Below are positions 52,732 to 64,000 of a stretch of 64,000 bases of DNA, piece after piece. Every line of letters begins with the position of its first letter. Positions within the stretch are counted from its first letter, which is position 1. The DNA comes from Haliotis rubra (lineage: Eukaryota). Below the pieces are notes generated by a model that saw nothing but the letters and a program-made list of their open reading frames with translations, was not told the DNA's origin and searched no databases. Position numbers and translations under genes: made by a program. Location of the stretch: contig NW_025765403.1 in assembly GCF_003918875.1 (NCBI RefSeq), positions 1,054,001 through 1,118,000 of the forward strand. Reading direction: 5' to 3'.

Positions 52732-55700
52732 ATCAATATTAGATTTATGACATAAACTTCACTGTGTTGCACGACAAGATATGATCTGTCCTGGTTTTAA
52801 CCGTGATATATTGAGGCTGAGGCGCTCACATGAAGATTAATCTCACCGGACAAAACCGTGAGAATATGGTGACCATAACAGCTAATGCATGGTCCACCCA
52901 CCCACCGATAAAGTCATAAATTATGTCTGGATATTGCTTAAATACCATCACGACTGTCAAATAAGATTCTTTCTTCTTGTGCTGCTGGTCAGCGAATGGC
53001 GATGTGTTGGATATCAAGTTCACACAGAAGCGGTTGCTGCTGTTACATGTCTTCAATTTGATCAATGTTTTGTGTTCTTGTTGCCAATCTCAAATTGAAT
53101 ATCGGTAGTTTGTCGAATACAAATTGCAGAAACTTTGTAAATTTTCTAAGTTCAAAGCTACGTTTGAACTTTTATCTGACCATGAACGCGAATGTCTAAT
53201 ACCACCGGCGCCATTTGTCGGAGTATTCCCGTGAGATAAATAGAGGTTATTAGGAAGGAATACGGAAAGAAGACTAAATTACTTTAACATCTTTAATTTC
53301 CCCGTGTTACACGAGGTACATGCCATTTTGTACATCATTACTGTAAATACATATTGTTTTGGGGTAATGGTTTTAAGGACATAATGAAATAAATGACATT
53401 TTTGTTGATATTTCCTCAAATCACGACCGGTGACCACTCGGCAATTTTGGAAACTGCTAGTCAGACAGTTATGACCCAGCCAGGTTTGTTCGTAAAACAT
53501 CTATTAACAAATTCGGGCTAATCCGCATCCTTCGCATGACTTTGGGCAACGAGGAACATTGTGTAGCTCACGCCCAGAAGACAACGATAGATAGGTTTGA
53601 GTGATCAGGATACTCCATGCAGGGTTAAACACACGATATCTTCACATCAAGAAGCAGGTTCTGTTCATCTACTCCCGTTGTGGATTACATGAGGTCTCCG
53701 CACAGATAATCCGTGCAGACAAGCGCTATCATCGTGGTCACAGGTCAAGACGTGATGCAGGCTTTGTTCTGGCTGCCGGGATGTTGGCGAACTGATATAT
53801 AGGTGTATCACTCGGTGGTACAGTTTCTGTTTTAACTCAGTTTCTGGCAACTAATCCCACTTAAAACACGGAATCGGCTGCGGTACTTTTGGCAGTGACT
53901 GTGGAATAGGGTATATTGGTTTTGAGACAGGAAGATTCCTTAGTGGTATGTCAGCGAGATATCAGAATATTAAATCATGAGGCTCTAACTTTAGGAATCC
54001 GCCCTACATTTCACTCTTAGCTGAAATACGATGGGAGATCGGATTAGATGTACACCGCCATTAATCAGGGATAATATACACCGGAAGACTGCAAGAATGT
54101 GCTGTATGTTATAGTGAGATATTTCATGGGGCCGACACAGAAACATATGAAACTGTTTACCGAGAGGCAGTGTAACAAACATGATGTGTCGAGTCTTGAG
54201 TGGGGGCTTCATCAGACAACTCAGTGACTGATAGAGAGCCATCTAACCTAATAAAGTGTCCCAAAAGAGTGTAACCTGTGACCTTTGGAAACCCGTAGGC
54301 AACCTAATGACCTATCTGAAATCGAACAGGGTCAAGCACTGTGATGCGCTGAAAACTGCATAATCTGCATTGATACTTAATTTTAGAACAGCAAACCATT
54401 GATTTGTTATGATGACAACACAAACGCTGATCAGGACCGAACAAGGCAAGGAGAGGCAATCATTTCATTCCAACGTAGTGTCTGTTTAAAGCTCATTCTC
54501 GATTTGATAAACCTTCCTAAATGACAAAGCCAGAACGAAGACTGTTCGAGTAGTTCCGGACTCGTGTCTAGATTGAGGTGCGAAACTGAGGGACCAGAAC
54601 ATATTTTGGCACCATATTAAATTAGATTTAATTGTATAATTTATAAATCAATGTGAACTGTGCCTCATCTAACTATGTCCTAATTTCAGAAATCGAAGGG
54701 GGCTGTCTTATACGCAAAGCCATTGCGGGACTTTTCGGATAATGTCATATGCAGTTTCTCTTTGATAACTGGCTTAGCATAAAGAGACTAAGTATACATA
54801 CGGATGTTTATATGACCTGCCGTTTGATAACAATAATTCGGCGTCTGGTTAATATATAATATACAAGTTACTAAACTACAGAGAAGACTGGGTCTAACCG
54901 ATTAAATTTCTCAAAATGTAATTTCTGAATTTTTGTGCTTACGCAAGACTGTTGTTGCTGTGAGTGGCTCGCTAGAATTGGTACACATAGTGGTGAAGAT
55001 GATAATGGGGTTGTTATATGGACAAATAAATATTGGTGTCATCTCTATTTAAACGGGTATACGAAGAGGCGATAAGTGGCGTTTGATCATGTTCTTAAGC
55101 ATAGTCTCACAGGTTTGAAAGATGGTGTTTGTGGTATTTGCAATTTTGACCCGTTATACAAATGGTCAGTTTGAAATTTATGGTTTGAGCCTGAAATTCA
55201 ATACCAGTTTCAATTTCCTACATCGTCACCTACAAATTGACCATGATTTGTAATAATGATGATTAAGTGATTTGAACAAAGAGCTACTGTGCCCTTCATG
55301 AATAAGGATCCTGCCAAAATATTACTGTTCAATAGATAGTCTTGTATAATTTGTTTTAAATATTGGTTGCACGTTGTGAGGACTTTTGTTGATACTGCAG
55401 CGTTCAAATTCAAACCAACTTAACAACTGTTGCCGTTAACCAGCCTCATTAACGTCATCTTTCAGCAGTAAAGGCAGCGGGAATGAGTAAATAATGTTTC
55501 AAACGTACCATCCATTCGTGACTTCGTGGATTGTATACACACCTTCTCTGTTCTCTGCTATTTTCAAGATGATACCCTCAACACCATATATTACTTGGGG
55601 CTTTCTCTCCACAGAATAAGTTGACAGGCGGGCTTAAAATTAGCTCAATAATTAAAGCAGCATTAACGCCCTGTGAATAATCGCATTTATTAAACACGAC

Positions 55701-58249
55701 TTGGAAATCTCATTTAAAATAGTGACAAAAATACATCTAATTGAAGCATTAATTGGCCAACCGTATAGGGTTATGACAGATAATTGCTTGCAGCAATCTG
55801 TGCTATGGATATTTGTACACCAGTCGGTTGTCGGAAGAATATATATGATCTAACAATACCCTGCCCAACATCCACAGCTCTGTAAGTGCACGTTTCTCAG
55901 CATTACCTGTTTTTGTAGACTTACGGCAAAATCCAGTGCCAGACAGTATGAACGATACCCAAAGCAGAGACTGACACTAAGAGCAGCGATCCATTCAGAT
56001 GACATATGGAGCATTGAAGTCCTGATATCTGACCAGCAACGGGTTCTTCGCTTTCTGCAACCAGTATGCTTGGAACCTTTCAATACCAGGAATTCACACG
56101 CGGTTTCAGATGTGAGATCGTATACCAGCAGGTCACTCTTGACATACACTAAATTATTTACATATGCTGATGCCACCGTAACACAACTGATTAAACGCTT
56201 ATATTGTTGAAAGGGCAAGATAATCCTGCTCAATCGCACACATTATCCAGTGTGGTATAAAACGTACATGATATCAAACTGTCTTTATGAACGTATTAGA
56301 GTTCAGGAGATTAACTAAATAACGCTCGCTTTGTAGATACAACCGAAAGGCTTCCATTGCATTGTGTTTGAGTTGCACGTCCCACAAATGATTTGATGAG
56401 ATTAGAATATCATGTTGGCAAGTGTCCAGACATGTGATATCAGTTAAGCTAACGATTCGAGAGAAAAATATGTTTTTAACACGTTACATCTCCAAACACT
56501 CATCACTCTACGCCCTTTATGAAGAGCCAAGACTCCTACCTCTGCAGGTTACACCGAGGAGGCATGACACTCGTGACAATTGGCGAATATAAAAAGCGAA
56601 ATTCCTCTGGTAATATGTCAAATATTTCATTAGACTAGACTTCACTTCATTCCCTTAAGGTAATACCAACATTTATCCAATGGACCACATTTAATTTCAT
56701 TGCTCGCGGCATCATATGAATAAGCAATTCAGGCAGAAGGCTTCCTCTATAGACTACACCAGAGCCTCTCGGATCTGACTCGTTTCCTTGGTGTTTTTTC
56801 TGAGCCAGCTAATACTGTTTGAAGATAAAAAGTTCAAGCCCCCAGGACACGGGAAAGGGTAAAGAATTCGAATCAGTATTCCCCATCAAGAAACTTTGAA
56901 GGAACCAGTTAATACCCTTGTTTGCTTTTTCGCAAAAGGATAAGCTGTGAGGTTCCAAAGAATTAGGTTTATTATGGGTTGGGATCAAAGACCATGGCTA
57001 TCTGTTGAACAAACTTAGACCGTATTTTCGATCGTTTATTTAGCTGTTTAACTACGCATTAATGCCAGTAAACGTGACTGGTCGTAAGATAATATGTACT
57101 TCCCATTAAGGGTGGTCAGTTGTACAAAATTGAACAGAGTCCGTTTCCAGTGCGAAGCAGTATCGTTACTTGGGATCTTGGTAATCGTACAAGGTTGTTT
57201 GAAAGAAATTAAACTATAGTGAGATTCTGGCAGTGTTTCGTAAGATGTAAATTGGATTCGGTCTCAGTTTATAGGTTGTGTCAAGATGTATGTACCTTGA
57301 TGCATCAAAGAAATTCAATTGGTGATGAGATGATTGGAGCATATAGTTTCTTATGGATGTGAAACGGTTTTTGTTGCTTCAATTTATAGAAAATTTGCGG
57401 TTAGGAGATTTTTATTTGACAACGTCTTGGTCTATTACAGGTCTAATTCTTTTAAGTGTTTTATTGCAATCTAGTCCATGTCAATATCCTGTAGATCATA
57501 TGAAACCTCGTTAATCTGGAAACCCTGTGAAACCGTTCAAATGAAAGTATCTCAGATAAGGAACTAGATTTATGGAACAATGTGTAGATCGGTGTGGTTG
57601 AATGGGTGGATTGAAACGACAAACTGGAATGCTAGTACATGATGCTTTACTGCCATCGCACTACTACCGCATAATAAACTGTTAACCCGGTGCTTGTACA
57701 TTATATGTTAGTGTGTAGGCAATGTAGCCTGCAAGTTTGAAAGAAAATATCAAATTATATGAGGATTCATCGGCTGAGAAGCAAAACGAAAATTGCTGGT
57801 ATTTGATTTACAACCGTTTAGAACCAAACACTCTGGAAAACAAAAGTATACACTTCATTTTTTTTTACACTTCAAACCTTGATTTGAATGGAACTGGACA
57901 TCAACGTTTTGATGACTGTACTGAGGAACCTTTGACTATTAATGACATGGACGATCAGTACACATTAACTTCAACGTCAGTTCTTTTTAAGAATGGTGAG
58001 ATGAGGTTAGATATGGTTTTGACAGATGCTTCATTGCACTGCCAAGAAATTACCGCCAGTTATGCAGTATTATAGCATCATTATCGCCTCGCGTACTGGG
58101 CATTATCGCGATTTGTTATTATGTGGTTATTTGTGTAGCACTTTCGCGACATTTCTATGATAACAGTCGAATGCCATAAGCAAAAACAATCTGGAAACAA
58201 ACACATTTGTATGAACGCTTACCTGCCACGACTAATCATTAAAAATACA

Positions 58250-61200
58250 CTTTTACAAGATACACCGCCACATAACATACATCAAACAAAGATAAAAAAG
58301 TTACCATCCAGTTCTCATTTTAGTCGTTTCACAACAAACATAAAAAAATCAGATTTAAAATTACCCCCAGAATAAAATGTGCAGAAGGCTATTGAAATAA
58401 AATCGACATAACATTACCATTATTCGATTGAGGAGTCTTTTCGGAAACATAATCGTGGATTTTCCAGTATAAAAGAATTAAATTCATGATATTCTGTTTA
58501 ATTAACATATATTCTCATCATGTATTATTTATGTGTGCACGCAAAACAAACGCAGACAATCAAAAGACATGTGTAGCACATGTGATATAAAACCTGATAT
58601 AATAAACATAATATTGATAAGTTGCTGACACAATTGTATTAATACCAAGGAATCCTGTTTGAAAATAACATAATCTGTACAGTTTTTTGCATAATTTAGC
58701 ATTGCAAACTTGACAGAAAAAATCAATAACTGTGTTTCCGAGGCTCATGCATCATAATCGCAGTCGTTCTTTTACCACCATTTGACAGGAAGGGGTATAC
58801 CAAAAAAAGATTGGACATTATTTCCCTGAATTATGGTAAATAGATGCTACTGCTCAGATACTGGAACTTAATGGGAGATGATAAATGACACAGTGCATCG
58901 TCCGACACCTTGCTGGGAGAATCGGATTTACAACTTTCGTATATACTTGGGTCAAGGCGCCCATATATCGAGTTGCATCCATTGAGGATGGCCCGTGTTA
59001 GATCCGGGTGAGAATTGGCCTCCAATAACCCATACTTTCGTAAGAGGTGACAGGCTTGCTGACTTGGTTCACATATGTCATCATATCCCAATTGCGTAGA
59101 TTGATGCTCATGCTGTTGATCGTCTAGTCCAGATTGGATTAATTACAGACCGCCGACATATGACTGGAATATTGCCGAGTTTAGCGTAAACCAACCAACC
59201 AACAAACCAACCATTGAGGGTGCCATGGTGTGCTGAATGTATATTCTATGTTCTAGACATTCGTACTTGGCATGACCCTCATTTTATGACCGCAACCTTG
59301 GTTAATGTGTTTTATCATTTCTTACTAACTTTGGGCATTTCGTCCAAAGTAAGGTGGCGCAAGCTGGAGATATGGAAAAAACCTTCAAATCGATGTTAAA
59401 CCTTATTTATTCACTTACTCCGTGACATAATTCGTGGTTATAGCGGGTTTTCCTTTTTCAAGATTCAAATCTACATTGCCATCTTCATCCTTGAACACAA
59501 CTCGGCAGTCTGCAGCCTATCAAATCAGATAGATGACATGATACACGGTATAAGCAGAACGGTAAAATAACACGTACTAGTAAGGTCACAGGAAGTGACA
59601 TCCAATCTCTTTTATAGAAAATACTTACATTAATGGCCTATGAAAAAGTAAAAGACCAACAGTCTAAGTACCTCTGACTAGATGCCTCACTTGTGCACAA
59701 TTAATCATGGCTAAGCGATGAAATGTAGTTCTACGACAAATTTTGGTTCTTTGGGGGTTAACCATTTTATTATATTTTCAACGAAATAAATATACAATGA
59801 AGACGTACCTGCAAAATGTCTCAAAATTGCCGTCTCTCAAACTAGCACTTTATAACACTGCTTATTGTATATTATTTTTATGACCATGGCTGTTCACGTC
59901 GTAACCATTTGTGAAATATCATATAGTTTTTATCCACAAAGAAACGATGCTTGTAACTACCAACTGGCTCGGCACACCATCATACCGGTTAGGTGGAAAT
60001 ATTTAAGTTGTGTATGGATATTATTGTAGCTATATTTGCGGACTTAATCGCCTGGCCCCCGAGAATGCTAAGTAATGAACATTCAAGGTCAATTTTAAAA
60101 AGCATTGTGCCAACTGTCTACGTGAAATTCAGATCACAAATACGAAGACCACGATGTTTCGTGCAGCAGTACATATTGTTCGACAGAGTACGCTGATTCT
60201 ATATGCTCTGTCTCAACCATCTGAACAACGATTGGTGTTGCAACACAACAGTTGGCAATAAGCAAGGTATGTAATTACGGGCTGAAAATAACTGAATCTG
60301 GACCAGGCAACCAGAGACTGAAGACATGAGCAACGATCGACGTTAGAGAGACAACATGGTCCCAAATCAGTCAAGAGCTTGAAGCCAGTTTTGTCGCTCC
60401 TAGTGACCAGCAATGGTTTGATAGACAAGTATTTTTTCCCATATCCGAAATGCACTCGTTGGACTGTTAGCAATGAAAGATGTTTCATCCCCAGTACATA
60501 TACGTGTACACTGACAGGAGTCAGTTAAACCACATTGAGAGAAAGTGTTCCAGATGAAGGCGTACCAGGCCGTACAAGATGAAACGCAGTTTCATATAAA
60601 TGCTCGAGAATGAGCACCGTCAGTTCAGCAGTTTCTAAGAAAGACAGATAATGGACACTTCAACAATGCGGAATTCAAAAGCCGTACAAACATGGAATGA
60701 CATGTGTTCATTTGATTTTGACTCTGAAATGAAGCTGTCGATCCTTTGGCTGCATGGGTATTCATGCTTAACATATACATTCTCTTTCTAGCATCATGTC
60801 AAACATGAGTGCACGTCAACTTGACATCTTAAGTGTTAAAACTGATAGCAAATAATCACGCATCCCTTCCTTCGAGCTGGATTTAGACAGCATTAGTATT
60901 ACCACGATGCCGAATATTGCCTAACAATTGCCGCAGGTTAACGTTACTCCTTTTCATATGCAAGCTTCCGAAAAGTGATTTCTGCATTTTTTTCAAATGT
61001 CCAATTTGATTTACTTCAATAATGTTAGTGTGTAAAAACGTGCTTGACGAGCTATAGTGAGCTATGTGCCTGGATGAGGAAATGAATTAATGCGATATTG
61101 TGATCGCAGGTGCCAGCTCATTCACTTTAATACTGAGTGAGTGAGTTAATATTTTACGTCACATCGGCAATTTTTCGACCATATAGTGACGAGAAACATT

Positions 61201-63290
61201 TGGATCAACTATAAGAAAGATCTGTCGCAAATGACAGTAAAACATTAGCAAGTTATCACAATTTAATATAAAACTAACCATTTCAAATGATAAAAGACTT
61301 TATTCAACACAAAGATCAATATTACATGCAATACCATTACAATACGAGCTATAGACCACCAGTCACCAAAGCCAGACTACCTTACTGGGGATCATTCACC
61401 TTAATAAAGTTTGGATAAGCAACATATGCCTTTGTATCTGGTGTAGCCAATACTTACCCCTGTGTCATCCAAATTGAATGGTCAAACCGCAGCAGTGGCA
61501 TATTCCGAAACACATATCAGACGCAAGATCAAGGATTTGTTGTACTGCACCAGAGCACTCGCTGATAATAAACATCGAAAACTGTACTAACATCTTTCTA
61601 TGTAAGCAGGTACATGTATCAGTCGCTCCTATGCTATACTCATGTACACCGTTACACCAATGACATAAACTTCACATGTAATTGTCTTTGTGTCGCATTG
61701 ATCTTTGCGGATGACGCCGAATAAGTCGTTTCAGCAAATGAAATAAACATCTTGCACAGCAATATATGATCTGTCGCGATTTTATCCCTGATAGATTAAG
61801 GCTGAGATGTTCACATGACAATTAATCTCACAGGACAAAACCATGAGAATATCGTCATCATAACAGCCAATGCATGGTCGCCAGATAAAACATAGACATG
61901 GTCATTGAAATATAATTAAAATACGGATAACGCCCATATACAAAATTTCTAACTCATTTGCAAACTTAAATCGCCAATACATGCCACAACACGGGCACGA
62001 GCGCGGACAAGGGCACGGACCAGTTCTTAGTTGTGCGCTGTAGAGATTCCATTGTGCTTAAATGGATATTGTTTGCAGCATATCCACGACACGTTGATTT
62101 TCAGCAAGCCGTGGGGTTGTGCAAAATTTTAACGGTTAAACAAAAGTGTCCAAATGAGACTAAATGGATTTTTTATAGAGATTAATGCAATATTCATAAG
62201 CAAAAATATTCACCACAATGATGTCACTGGCCCCACTGTCACTATTCAGTCACATATCTCCTCTTCCTCTGCCTGGTTAGACTTTAATACTAATGCATTT
62301 GTACTCTAATCGAACAAAACAGTAGACATTCAATTTAATACAATGTTATACCTTACGGTTCACTGATGTACTGTTCAATCAAGCATACACAACTGTAAAA
62401 CTATATGGACGGATATATCAGATGAAAGCTTAATGCATACAGCAATCAATTTAGTCATAGCAGTGATAAACACCAGTGGAGTGGTTTTCGGATTTCATGT
62501 ATGTTTGGAATGCTGATATCGATTGATTTCATCTCAATATGTGACAACAATACACGAGACAGAATTATTATCCAGCAATCTAAAGCCTATATGTATAGCA
62601 GGACACAAGACAAATCACAACTATACATCCAACAATGATGAATTAAGTTTAAAAGGAGTCCCGTATGGTGCTCTGTCACCCTGTAATAGATGATGTGGAC
62701 CACCAACATGACAGGGTCATGATAAATGCCAAGCTTCCTACCAACGCTATGTGCTCGGCACCAGCGCATTAAATGTCATCAAATAGTAGCGTCTGCAATT
62801 GAAAACGACATTGGCCATCAATTTAGTTTTCTGTCCAGTGGCAGCAATGATATATTTTTCTGTTGGCCTTCATGTGAAGGATGTACTGGTGGCTAGTTTA
62901 CATTCAATATCGTAATTTCTACTCTCCTTTATGATCAATTTCTGCGAACACCTGGTGTCATAAGTAATTTTAGGGGATCCATTCACATAATGTTCTAAAC
63001 GTGATTACTTCATAGAACAATGGAGCCTCAAAGTTGAACAGGGTGCCGTATGGACCCCTTTAGTATTGGTGACAAGAGTGCTACGGCGATCTGATACAAG
63101 GCATATACTCTGATTTTTCCTGTTGTATCGAGTCAATCTGTCTTGTCCAAATTGCTAGAACGTTTTTTCTTAATAGTCAAGCCGACTTATATTCAGAGAT
63201 TGTAACACATCTTCCTGCAATACAAAAACGTAAACTGTCTTTTAGTCCGAACTTGATATCATCGTTTTTAACATTCTCCTTTGTTAGGAC
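58250..63290. repeat. Segmental array copy 4: Z(~58250-61505), X'(~61640-61890), Y(~62360-63290)
   Basis: Homology to 48520-51110, 10410-10650/52750-52890 and 11560-12400/38900-39480. Confidence 0.85.
58992..59212 (+). mobile_element. Nin-domain-type SINE (family A), internally deleted
   Basis: cccgtgttagatccggg...tcgtaagaggtgac...cccaattgcgtaga...ggaatattgccgag with (aacc)n tail. TSD-like ccattgagg(a/g)tg. Confidence 0.8.
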
Positions 63291-63536
63291 GTTCCTCAGT
63301 TTTATGCGAGCCAAATGAGTGAATTGTCACGGTCAATTGGTATTCATATAGTTTAGTATAGTTTATCTTGGTCTGCCCGCAGTACGTGGTAAACCTGCGG
63401 CAGCAGAAAATGTTATGGGTATTTAAATGGGTAATGGGTATGTACATTATGTACGTTGTCTTCGAAAGGCCTTTGAAGGAACATATTCAGTCTTTACTGT
63501 TCATGCAGGTAGACATGCATAATCAATATATTCTCC

Positions 63537-63677
63537 CCGCTTTTAGCAATATTCCAGCAATATAACGGCAGGGGACACCAGAAATGAGCTTCACACATTG
63601 TACCCATGTGGGGAATCGAACCCGGGTCTTCGGCGTGACGAGCCAACGCTTTAACCATCAGGCTACCCCACCACCCC
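63537..63677 (-). mobile_element. tRNA-derived SINE (family B)
   Basis: Near-consensus copy: ggggaatcgaacccgggtcttcggcgtgacgagccaacgctttaaccatcaggctaccccacc. Confidence 0.88.
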
Positions 63678-64000
63678 TCTGGTTCATAGAACACTGAAAA
63701 ATGGTGGTCACCTATATTATTAGATTTTACAGACAGAAACATCTATTTCAAAGGAGTTTCTATGTTATTTTTGACGTTTACACATGTTTCCCGTTTTTCT
63801 AAGTATGGTTTAATTTCTTGGCACATGTGACTATGTGTATGAAGAGCTTATCATTTGCGTCTGATATGTGTTTCAGACTTTTACATATTTCAAGAACATA
63901 CATTTGCCTCCACATTTTAGGGAGGGGACCTGACTTTTCTTACAGCTCATTTTTACCGTCTCCCTATAGTATTACGATGTGCAATGTCCATTTGTACAAA

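Larger units (their letters stand above)
48520..57670. repeat. Segmental array copy 3: Z(~48520-51110), X'(~52750-53240), Y(~53440-54240), W(~54250-57670)
   Basis: Z matches 58250-61505. X' matches copies 1 and 4; Y and W match copies 1 and 2. All are in direct orientation. Confidence 0.88.

Noticed and set aside
57737-58075. 112-aa plus-strand ORF
   Set aside because: TTG start, no recognisable domain, no supported splice structure and no counterpart seen in the paralogous W/Z junction.

Overview
AT-rich eukaryotic DNA with no intact host gene that I can support. The SINE families (Nin-type, V-type, CORE-type and a short tRNA-derived SINE with an (ACTC)n tail) point to a gastropod mollusc, probably abalone (Haliotis); this is an inference. 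Most of the window (~2.4-18.2 kb and ~27.1-63.3 kb) is a head-to-tail array of four partial, diverged copies (about 13% in the one block I counted) of one ancestral multi-block unit, with block order U-X-V-X'-Y-W and Z-X'-Y-W. Consensus translation of these blocks gives intron-less, protein-like but stop-riddled frames, mostly on the minus strand. I cannot assign them to any known family; they may be an ancient endogenous viral element or an unclassified large mobile element amplified after it decayed. Younger insertions sit on top: a full-length Tc1 (DD34E) element, a Tc1 fragment, two RTE-X-like LINE 3' fragments, a FLYWCH/MULE fragment, nested non-autonomous DNA transposons, a Harbinger-like MITE, hairpin-ended Crypton-like elements, many SINEs and a 55-bp minisatellite present in only one paralog. 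The most distinctive discrete element occurs twice: a small Penelope/retrozyme-like insertion carrying an antisense tRNA-like module and, in the longer copy, tandem hammerhead-like motifs.
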